Positions 1 to 10,801 of a stretch of 64,000 nucleotides of DNA are shown here, piece after piece (position 1 is the first letter of the stretch; each line of letters opens with the position of its first letter). The stretch covers positions 20,026,001 to 20,090,000 of the forward strand of contig JBHGNT010000006.1 in the NCBI GenBank assembly GCA_043228905.1, in the 5' to 3' direction. Source of the stretch: Azolla caroliniana (Eukaryota; Plantae; Polypodiophyta). The position numbers were made by a program, and so were the translations under genes. Below the pieces are notes generated by a model. The model ran no database searches and was not told the DNA's origin. It saw only the letters and a program-made list of their open reading frames with translations.

Positions 1-8
1 CCTTGCAG

Positions 9-837
9 GAAGAAAAATATTTTCAAGCTTGCACAAGGAGAGTATATTGCTCCGGAGAAGATAGAAAATGTGTACATAAGAAGCAAGTATATTGCCCAAT
101 GTTTCATACATGGTAAGCAAATTTGAACTGGCTATTATTGAATATGAAGATCAATGTAAGGTCTATAATGTGTGAAGAAAGGGCAGGTTTTCAATCCTTT
201 ATGTATTAGGGGATAGCTTAAACTCAAGCCTGGTTGCGATTATCGTTGTTGATCCCGAAGAGGTCTTAAAATGGGCTACGTCAAGAGGCATAAAGGTCTC
301 TCTATCTGTGTGTGTGTGTGTGTGTGTGTAATGATGTCTCTATCTACATCTATGTTTATATATGTATGTGTATGGTTTTTAGCATGCAAATGATCTGGAA
401 GCTCTATGTAAAGACCCAGAGGTGCGAGCAACTATACTTGCTGACATGGATGCCCTAGGGCATGATGCCAAGGTGAAATGCTTTACATTGGTCTTTTTTT
501 TCTTTGCAGCAACATTCTCATAACAATGTTAATTTGTTTGCAATTTCAACTATGACAGTTGCGAGGATTTGAATTTGCCAAATCTATAGAACTTGTTGTG
601 GAGCCATTCACGTTGGAAAATGGGATGCTTACACCTACCTTCAAGGTATACTTCGGTAGTTTTAGAGCCTTCTTGTTTGTTTTAGGTTGTCTTACAATTG
701 AGATTTCTACATGGTTATTACCTTTGGTTGACTATAACTAGATTAAAAGACCTCAAGCAAGGGCCAAGTTCGCAAAGACCATAGAGGATATGTATGCTGA
801 GCTTGCTTTGAAAGAAGATGGAAAGATGATGGTATGA
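9..837 (+). CDS. Long-chain acyl-CoA synthetase (LACS6/7-like), last five exons; gene starts upstream of the window
   Basis: Exons 9-112, 210-295, 383-472, 559-645 and 742-837, all GT-AG, splice in frame to [23 protein letters not shown]...[16 protein letters not shown]...[12 protein letters not shown]...[23 protein letters not shown]...KMMV*. This is the conserved plant LACS C-terminus. Confidence 0.93.
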
Positions 838-2707
838 TGAACATGGTTTTCAGAAACCTTTTTCATCTTAGTTTTATTAAATTGGAAGGTAGTTCATTGC
901 GGTTCCTTCAAAAAGACAACATAAACCCACCCCATTCATGTCTGCTATTGGATATACTCTCAGCCATTGTGTATGAAAAACTAGTCACAATATGTTACTA
1001 AATAGTACCCAAAAAAAATGTTAGCCTTCAGGAGGGGAATTTGTTAGTGTATAAAAGGCATGTTCAAATAATCAAACAATGATAATAAAAATGTTGCAAG
1101 AGTGTTCTATTATTACATGAAAGGTTACAGTCAAATACATTCCTTGTGAGGAAAAGCTTTCAATGTGAAGTTTGGTGGGTTTTTAGTTTTTTACCTTGTC
1201 TCTAGGAAACACTTGAAAAGACATCATTTTAAGTTAGTGATTATAAACGGAAAATGTTTACAATCTTATTTTTCATCTTACTGAAAATGTAGAATCTTGT
1301 GCACAAGAGAATGATGCTTTCCACTTGTTGAGACAAGAGTTAACTGCTATCTAATATATATGAAGGATTTTATATATACAATAGGATGGTCACATGCTTT
1401 AAATCATTCTCTCTCCTTCACCACAAAAGGGACCACGTGGGTCTTGGACTAGAAAGGACACAAAGGCTTAGAGGGCTCGGATGATAGGGGGCTCAAATGC
1501 TCTTAGGAATCAAAAGCTCAATAGAGTCAAGTGCTCCTCATACTCAGAGGTTTGTCAGAGTTGAAACCTCTCCAAAGTCAAAGGGAAACCAAGTTGAAGG
1601 GATTGTAGCATCGAGGGGAGAGCATACTCGAAGGGAGCACAGAGTCGAAGGGAGAGTAGAGTTGAAGGGTGCATGGTCAAAGGGAAAGACATGCCCTTCT
1701 CTTTTCCTCATCTCACTCTTGCAAGTAGGCCAACAGTTTATGCACGAGGTTAGGGTGGAAACAAGCAATTAATGTAATGGACATAACTGAAGGATGTACA
1801 AGCAAGATTAAGAATGAGGAGACTTGTATTAGGCTGTAAACATTTAGATTAAACAAGGAAAACCCTTTTTAGGTTAGGATGTACAACGGTTCGAGTGGAC
1901 AATTACAACGGTGGTAGCAACTCTAACCACTAATTAAATAGTGAAGACAAAAAGAAAGATAAACGAGGAGAGTTGAAACTCTTGGTGATGGCGAGTCGTG
2001 TGGGCCCTTGAGACCATAGCTACCATCAATGGCTACAATACATGAGTCGGGGTAGAGTTTTCAGGCAACTCCGTCCTCCCTTTGAGCGATCAGTGTATGA
2101 GTTTGCGGAACCTCTCCTTGAATCCTCAAGACGCTAAATGTAGAAGATGAAGAAGAGCACCCAAAAATGTTAGGAATGCAGAAGTAAAAGAAGAAGACCA
2201 AAACGCCCAAAACGAACTAGAGACCCAAAAGGTGCCCTCTTCCCCTCCTTTTATCGGGGGAGGGTGTCTCAAAATGTTGTTATTTGAAAATGAAAGAAGA
2301 ATAAAATATAGTCCTAGATTCGCTACAGGAATTTCGAAATCTCCACCCTTGTTCATTATGTTTTCATAATTTTACTAGCGTGCCCCTTTCACTTTCCCTC
2401 CTTTTGACATTTCTCTCCTTTTTCCCCATACACTTCCGCGGCTCCGCCCTTCCTTCTCCCACTTTCTACCTTTGGCCATGCCATATCACGACAATGTAAC
2501 AAAGATGTTTCTCAATAATGTGTATATCATTGCAAGAAACTTTGATCAATGATGTATAAACCATTGCAATATCAATGTTAGACATAATGTTTGTAAAAGG
2601 TTTGAAAAGAAAGTGCTTAGGTGTAAGAAGGCAAAGCTAGGATTACTTGAGCACTAGTTTAGGTCCTTTGATAGCGTCTTAAGTTGTCATCTATTGTATT
2701 CCTCAAT

Positions 2708-3145
2708 TGTTAGGAATATATCCCTCCTTTGGGAGGAACCGACTATTCGGCTGAGTAAGAGTTGACAGTTGAAGACAAGGAGTAGCCGACTGGTCAGGCC
2801 AAGAGTCGACAGTCGAAGACAAGGTCCACAAGGAGTAGCCGATTGGTCAGGCCAAGAGCCGACAGTCGAAGACAAGGAGTAGTCGACTGGTCAGGGGTTT
2901 TCGAGTAAAACCTGTGTATTCTGCGTACTGTGCATATATTGTCTATTTGTTGTTTTTTGTTTCCGCATTGTGTATATGCAATCGATCTATCTCGTCTACT
3001 TGTGGTCCATTTCCCATCATCAATAACTCCATGCCAACAGTTAACATTCGATGAACAATATGTAACGACATATTCATGCATAATATGTAGAGCATATGGT
3101 TATGAGAACTATGTTTGTAATGTTTCCTCCTATGTTTCACCAACT
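2708..3145. mobile_element. Possible degenerate solo-LTR-like fragment with internal tandem repeats
   Basis: Starts TGTTAGG and carries three variant copies of GACAGTCGAAGACAAGG(...)AGTAGCCGACTGGTCAGG at about 2765-2895. The right end (CCAACT) and the TSD are imperfect. Confidence 0.3.
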
Positions 3146-3607
3146 AAAATAAGCATGGCCCAACTTGTGTTGCATACGAGATCGTGTTGGAGTCCTAGAT
3201 TGGCATCTTGGATCCCAAGCACGATGACTTTGCATTGCTTTTCAATTCTAGATTGAGAGCCACACTACATGAAGACGAAGACAATTGAATCAACAAGGAG
3301 AATACAACATATTCACTATTGAGGGTGCCAAAATGATCCATGGAACCCCAAACCATTTACAAACTGCTCTGCCTAAAACTATCAAGGGGAAGCAGGAATG
3401 AGTTGGAAGTGAAAGAAAAACATCATTCTAATTGTAGTAGGTGACAAACATGTGATGCAAGTATAGCAGTAGTGAACTCTCCCCTACTATGGGAAAAAAA
3501 AAACTTAGTAATGCAAGTATTGGGGAAAAAAACTTAGTAATGAAGTAATTCAAATTTCCAATGATTTCTTAAAATGTCAGAACTAGCCCTAAAAGTTAAA
3601 AGGTTGT

Positions 3608-3975
3608 TAAAAACCATGTTCAAGAAAATAATCAAGTGCCAACCCTAAACCATTAAACCATTTGAAACCTATTCAAGGAAATAATCAAGTGCCAACCCTA
3701 ATGCATTGAACCGTTTGAAACCTATTCAAGAAAATAATCAAGTGCCAACCTTAAAGCATTGAACCGTTTGAAACCTATTCAAGAAAATAATCAAGTGCCA
3801 ACCCTAAACCATTAAACCGTTTGAAACCTATTCAAGAAAATAATCAAGTGCCAACCCTAAAACCATTAAACCGTTTGAAACCTATTCAAGAAAATAATGG
3901 AGTGCCAACCCTAAACCATTAAACCGTTTGAAATCTATTCAAGAAAATAATCAAAGTGCCAACCTAAACCATTTA
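3608..3975. repeat. 53-bp tandem minisatellite, about 7 copies
   Basis: Unit AAACCTATTCAAGAAAATAATCAAGTGCCAACCCTAAACCATTAAACCGTTTG. TTCAAG recurs at 3619, 3672, 3725, 3778, 3831, 3885 and 3938. Confidence 0.95.
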
Positions 3976-4126
3976 AAGGACGGTTTCAAACCGTTTAAAC
4001 CAGAAACCGTTAAGCCTCGATTGACAGACCCCGTTAAACCGTTAAGTCTATTCTTCATTAGTGTGAAACCAACAGACCCTTTTAACCTTCCATTTGAGAG
4101 AAGTATTGCCCCTGCAGCTCCACACT

Positions 4127-4135
4127 AAACCCTAA
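4127..4135 (+). promoter_or_regulatory. Telo-box (AAACCCTAA) upstream of a ribosomal protein gene
   Basis: AAACCCTAA lies about 70 nt before the uS17 ATG. Telo-boxes are typical of plant translation-machinery promoters and 5' UTRs. Confidence 0.6.
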
Positions 4136-4204
4136 CAGACAGGAAAACAGAGGCAGCAAACAGAGGTAGAGAAGAGAAGAAGAAGGAGAAGAAGAAGAAT
4201 TATC

Positions 4205-4498
4205 ATGAAGCCCATCATCGCCCTGGTTCTTTCCAACAAGATGCAGAAGTCCGTGGTTGTGGCTTCTTACCACTTCTGGGAGGACACAGTCCACAAGAAG
4301 AAAGTGCAGCGCAGGACAAAGCTCATGGCGCATGACGAAGAGAACCAGTGTAACATCGGAGATTGGGTAGGACATTGTATTAGCTCTTGAAGCAAAATTT
4401 TGTTTTTACTTTTTGTTTTTTTTATTTTTCTTCGTATTGTGGAACCGATTTGCTTGATTCGGTTAAAGGAAATGATCAAAACATATACATAATTTGAA

Positions 4499-4571
<73 letters not shown>

Positions 4572-5782
4572 AATGTATGTAAGACACAGAAAGAAAGATA
4601 TATAACGCCTTTAAGAGGCCAAAATGGCCTATAAGACCAAACAAGAGATTACAGAGAAGAAACTGACATCAGCCTTGATACAGGGTAACTGTAGATTGGC
4701 AAATTTTATGATGTATTATTGTCCTCTGGGACATGACTCACAAAACAAATCTTACATGATAGAATAGAAATCAAGAGAGATGTGTATAATAGAGCGAGGG
4801 CATTCTCTGATATGCATTACATACATGTATGTATATGTTTATGTGCACACATACAAATAAGAAAGTGAAATAAGTTTGAAGTTGAATACAAAGAAGAAAA
4901 TCAAGAGTTTACGACGGAGTATAGAGAAGGTGAGTGAGAGAGAACAAGAAGAAGTGGAAAGCCTAGCATGTTTTGGAGAGAAGTAAGTTTAGTATTTTTT
5001 GGTCAACACTGGTTGATTATAAGGAGACAATTAGCGATTAGTAGAGATCTAATTTCAATTCATGTTTATCTACAATTTAGAATGAGCTAATATGTGGCTA
5101 TTCCAGATTGATGTAAGCTGGAACTCTTGAGACAATAAGAAAGAGGTATGCAGCAAGCATAAAACTTCAATGCTCACCATAGAGGGAACTTTCAACTGAA
5201 GGAATATGCCTGTGACCAACTTTAGAAGAAAAGGAAGAAACATTTACTGAACTGCCCCTATTTTTTCATGAAATTACTGGAAACCCTCTCTTTCTCATCC
5301 AGATTACTAGTGACAGAACACTTCACATCAAAATGTCCTGAGTGTTGCAATTGGAATATTAATCTCTTTTTCTTGGGGTTTTAACATTCATGTTTTTATT
5401 AAGTTATTATTCCATGGTATTTTTCTGGGTTTACAAGATAAGCTCTGGTAAACCCTTGGAGTTGCTCAGAGATAGATAAAAACTTTTTTCACTATGAATG
5501 CCAGATAGTTTTGAGGTGTCAATGCCTTTGTTTCTACATCTAAACATGTGTTTCATTGAATCTTGACCTTTTATATTGCAATTGAGAAACCATTCTGTTA
5601 CTTTCAAATCTGATGTGATGATATCTCTACAGGTGAGGCTTGCTCCTTCGCGTCCTTTGAGCAGGAGAAAAAGATGGATAGTAGCAGAGATTGTTAAAAA
5701 GGAGAAGGTATATGTACGACCAAAAGAGGCCACTGCTACTGATGTTACTGAAACTCTTGTGGGTCAACAAAAGAAACATTGA
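4205..5782 (+). CDS. RPS17: Ribosomal protein uS17, bacterial/organellar type (probably mitochondrial), 103 aa
   Basis: Exons 4205-4366 and 5633-5782 give MKPIIALVLSNKMQKSVVV...KKKVQRRTKLMAHDEENQCNIGDW|VRLAPSRPLSRRKRW. These match the S17 signatures KMxKSVVV, HDE..C..GD.V and RPLS+.K.W. Confidence 0.9.
4500..4568. repeat. (TG)n microsatellite in the RPS17 intron
   Basis: Uninterrupted TG run of more than 30 units. Confidence 0.95.
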
Positions 5783-7616
5783 ATGCCAATCCACTATTCA
5801 ACACATTAGAGGATTCATCATTCAAATACGTTAGATGAATCACTGGTTTGTTGATTTGGGCATTCCCTTTCGATTTTATATGCATTGGCCATGAACTGAA
5901 TGTCCTGGGTAATGTCTCCCTGGTTCTGAAGCTATGCTCTGAGCTTCGTGTGAGTGAGCTCACAAACTCAAGTAATCAATATATTGTTAGATTAACCTTT
6001 GAAAACTTTGAAGCCATTGTATGTGTGTTAATATTTAATCTATCCCAAGTATACATGACGAACATGTGCTTAGTCTTTCTGGGCATAGATGTGCTTGTAT
6101 ACTAGCATCATCAATGAGCAAAAATAACTATAACTAAATATTTTGAGATACCGTTTACAATGAAGCTTCCAGTTGCAAAGGTGGTCTTTTGGCCTTGTTT
6201 TATGTCTATTAGTATTTCTCGATGGACATTCATAATGCAAATATTAATACATTTTTTCTGGCAGGAAAACTATGCCTTTTTGTACATTTATTTCCTACAA
6301 CCAGATCGTATATGTATTGTTATCTTATTCTCTTTGTTGAGAGTATTGCTCTCAACTATATATTGATGGTGATGTTAGTGCACTATTATAAGAGCTAAAC
6401 TAATATGGCACCATTTACATCTTGAATGTAATGCAAGTTGCAAGCACTAAACCTCTCTATCGCTTGATGTCATGCAAATCAACTTTAGGCTTCTCAGGAT
6501 AATTGCAGAAAATTCCATTAGAGAGAGATTTCTTTTTGTTTTCTCTGCTTTCTGCGTCGTATTTTATAATTTATTTTATTCAAATTGAGAAAAGAAACCA
6601 ATCATCTAAATAATTTGATTATTATTTATAACGTTAGCAATTGAATGTTGTCTTCATTAAAATTTTAAATTTTCATTATATTTCCTAAGCCTATGCTTCT
6701 TTTCTACTTTCACTTATATTGAATTTTGAATTGAAAAAGTATAAAGAAATTTATGCCTCTGTAACTTGTTAGGGTGCTGCTGTTGGTTGAAAACCAAGAC
6801 CATGTTTAAGATCCCTAAGAATACCTGGTTCCATGGTGCTTGCTTGCAATTTATGTTAAAATTTCTCAAGAAAATTCTTGGTAGACATGCTGAACTCTCT
6901 CCAAAGTTAATTTCCTGGTTTGAAGAAACTAGCTATAGACCAAAATGTGAACAAAATAATATGCTGCAGACCGACAAGCATTTGCAGTTCATCCAGTGTA
7001 TTATTTCTGCATCTCTATATTATCATTGTTATTCAAATTATCTCCTAGTTTTCAGTTTGTGTGTTATTGTTTGTGATTTTTATGAATTTACATCAAGAAA
7101 CTCCTCGATACACTTCTGAAGTCTTTCAAACTTTAGGCAATTGCAGCGCAAAGTGACAGTCTCTTGTAGCAAAAATTTTAATTCAATAAATGTCTCTTCT
7201 AGCAAATGGATAAACTCCACAAGTTTCTACTTTAATTTTAAATCACCTATTAGGAATCTGAGCAAAAATTAATATCCTATGGCCATATCTTCTGCTACAT
7301 GATCCAACCTATGTTCCTCAAGATATTCATGACAGGACATTTTATAGAGGGTATCAAACCCTATTGAATATTCAAAACTGCATGAACAGAACAGAGTATT
7401 AGAAGCACTTAGCCTCCAGAACCCCCCATTTAATATTTCCAAGAAAAAAATTGGTTGGATCCAGAGTTGCCATATTTGTGATAATTCAGGAGATGCCTTT
7501 GGTCATCTGACCTAAATAAAACTCACGTGTATATATAGCCAGCCCATATATAAGTGAACAGGCTATATGGTGTTTCTAAATGACAATGATTAGACTGAAA
7601 CTTTGTCCGCAATCAA

Positions 7617-9671
7617 TTATGATGGAAGATGCAGCTTCTCATTGTTCCTCCAACTGAAATAAGTTGATACAAATTTGAGCATATAAATTCCTGAAAAGGA
7701 ATGGTGGCGCCCTCATATATTTGGCCAATGTAAATATTGGTGAGATATTTACCTTTTCAAGTAATAGTAGAAGAAATCTGCATAGAGAGCTGTTTGCACA
7801 AAGCCTGATATCCAAGCTATTGCACAACAAAGATGTGCCATTAATGCCATATTACCATATAGAAAAGGGAAAATTAGCATCACATTAAAAAAACCAAGTT
7901 ATACTTAGCCATCGGTGGTAATTAGTCTCCGTCAAGTAACGGTACACCCAATTCAGCAGATAAAACCCTCGGTAAGTTCTGCCAGAATAAACACATCCAC
8001 ACACATTTACAATGTTCTTCAGCTTTTAATAAGGACTTGCCTAAACATTCAAAGCCTTGCATTACTTTCTCACCCAAGGAAAAAAACATAATTTCCTGTA
8101 AGATTGTCGATATTGTGAGTCCTTTGCAGCAACACCAGTTGAGGTAAAATAGCTACTGCCTCAAGATACAACGAAAATGTCCACATAACCTAATAATCAA
8201 ATTGAATAGATTTTAAACACAATTCAATAGATATTTACATAGAATTTTATAACATACCCCAGGGCCCAGAGTTTTTCTTTATTTCACCAAAGACCCTAAG
8301 TTCTCATTATTTCCCTATATGACCCAGTTCAACCACTGAACGAGAGAAAAAGGGTATGAATCAATCATATGACTGCTAAAACAGTACATATATTTGCTCC
8401 AGGACGGGTTGACCAAGGACATAGAGGGATAACCGAAAACATAAGGGCATTTGGGAGAAAATAAGACTTGGGTATTTCAGAGTTTGTCCCATATCATTAG
8501 CTTTTAGGAGGGTGGTTCATATAATATGGATAGATTTACCCCCTGGAATGTGAATTTGTGATGTAGCACCAGCGCTAATCCGAAACAGCTAAGAATTAGA
8601 AAGTAATGACCGAATGTATCTTGGTCCTTGTCATAGGTTTGTCGAACAATCTTATGAGATCTCATGTACCATACAATGGCAAACGCAGTTGCAAGAAAAA
8701 TAATCTTCATGACAGTATTATATATATAGAGGTAGCTAGTAAAGATATCCAGGTATCGGGTCGCGAAACAAGAGCATATAGCTCCTGGGTTTTGAGTGAA
8801 ATACCTAAACACCATTTCAAATAGATGTAGAATAAATTACGCCTCATCAGAACAAATCATACAAGTTCCTATAAAAAATTAAAGCATCAAAAATGTGTTA
8901 TGTCATCTATCAAATAGAAGCACATTCTTCAAACAAAGCAGCAACCTTCTTTTCTGCCCTTTATACCTTCAGAATATGCTATTCCTTCTCAATTTTCCTT
9001 TCTTTCTCCTGATTTAACAGTAGAGCTAATATATTTCTCCTGTATCCTCAACTCCGAAATTTCCTATCTAGAATCTGCAACCTAAAACATAATTCTAAAT
9101 ATAATGCAAGGATTCATGTTCTTCAGTACCTTGTAGCTAAGTTGTTCTATGAGCCTATTCCCCAAGCATGGCAGGATGACCTAATTTCATAATAGATGTA
9201 TAGACTTTACATGCATATGAATGTATATGCGTACACTCACATATATAAGATAATGGCACCACACAGAATGAAAAGATTCTGAACGAGTTTAAGTGTTTCT
9301 TGCAAATTTAAATTACCTAACGATGATAGAAAAAACCTAGCTTACACAGCATAACTTAAAGAATGTAGAGGAAAAACCCAAATAACTATCACAGAAAAAA
9401 GGTTAACGACCACAAATAAAATAAAAAAACAAAACCCTAAATTTCACAGCAAAAGCCTAAACTTCAAAGAATTTAAATGCCAAGGATCATTATAAAACAT
9501 AAGAGACAGGTGTGTGGGTGCAAGGATAATACACAGGTGGTCTCTCCTATAAAGAAGATAGAGAGAGAGAGAAAGGTTACCTGAGCAAGACTTGGTAGTT
9601 TGGATTTTCAACAGGAGCACGACAATGCTCAAGAGGTGGGTCATATCACCACAAAGCCTAAAAACATTCAT
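7617..9671 (-). pseudogene. ERD2: ER lumen protein retaining receptor (ERD2/KDEL receptor) with a 1-nt deletion in exon 2 (pseudogene or assembly error)
   Basis: Exons 9671-9581, 8804-8540, 8189-8074, 7978-7905, 7816-7753 and 7653-7617 give MNVFRLCGDMTHLLS...GISLKTQELYALV/FATRYLD...YLEAVAILPQL...QTALYADFFYYY...KLHLPS*. The exons sum to 647 nt. Adding one T at about 8766-8768 gives 648 nt, i.e. 215 aa. Gene identity is high confidence; pseudogene status is less certain. Confidence 0.85.
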
Positions 9672-10220
9672 CTCCGCTTCTTGCTTTTCTCCTCCTCCTC
9701 CTCCTCCTCCTCCTCTGTTCTTGTCTCTGGTCTTCCTTTCCCTTTTTCTTCACTCTGCTCTTTTTCTTCCTGATCCTCTGTTCTTTCTCTGTGTGTGTGT
9801 GTGTGTGTGTCTGATCTCTTCCTTCTCCAAGTCTCTCTGTTTGAATCTCTCCGTCTCTGTCTTTGGAGGGGAGGGGGGGAGCAGGGGTCTAATACATATA
9901 TATATATATGTGAGCTTGATTTTCTGGGATTTTACATATATGACCTTCTCTCATGCTTTGCATTTTCCTGCTCTTTCTTTCTCTTCAAATTCTATGGAGT
10001 CTTTCTTCTTCCATGGATTTGATCAAACAACACACACACACACACATTTCTTGTCCGTGATGCATTTCATTATGACACCGAATCTATGGACCATGGATTT
10101 TACACTAAATCTGGAAGTGTTCATATAGTACCATTTGTTGAAGACAAGGCCGTCAATGCGGAAGATCAAATAGCATTCGATTCGAGTTGAGTACCTGCGT
10201 ATGACAGTTTCTAAGATCGT

Positions 10221-10255
<35 letters not shown>

Positions 10256-10503
10256 GGAGGCACAAAAGACTCTTTCTATTCCATAGAAACACAATAATAC
10301 AACCAACCTTACAAAAAGGTTACTAGGTCACTTTATATAGTGACACACTTAGGGCAACTACCATTTATGCTAATTACACAAATGGCCCAAACTTGAGCTA
10401 TACAAAGGGATAGTGTGAATACGTCCATTATACACTTGTATTTGACACTCCCCCGTAATGGGCGTATACATGGGTTATCTAAGATTACAGGTATAAACCT
10501 AGG

Positions 10504-10768
10504 TGTTGAACACAGTGCTTGGCCACAACCGAGGAATAGGATCAACTCACAGAAAACGGGAAATACAAAGTGCACGAGGACAATAGAGAGAGAAAGGTAC
10601 ACTGGATATTTTACGTGGAAAACCCTAAATGGGAAAAACCACGGGAGTCCTCAATCTCCAACTATCACTATGAACAGGGATGTACACTGGTGAAGCTACA
10701 AGGCAACAACCTTGAGCTCACTGTCTTCGCCACAGGCGGCGGTAATACACAGAGACAACGACCTCTTC

Positions 10769-10801
<33 letters not shown>

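Noticed and set aside
1400-2470. Cys-containing short ORFs resembling a LINE ORF1 remnant
   Set aside because: No complete zinc knuckle or other diagnostic motif, so it cannot be assigned without a search.
3608-3975. CRISPR-like appearance of the 53-bp array (also the 33-bp array at 46133-46625)
   Set aside because: Units are head-to-tail with no unique spacers, there are no cas genes, and the context is eukaryotic.
9592-10128. 178-aa plus-strand ORF
   Set aside because: It runs antisense through ERD2 exon 1 and its CT/GT-repeat-rich leader into the LINE fragment, and is low complexity.
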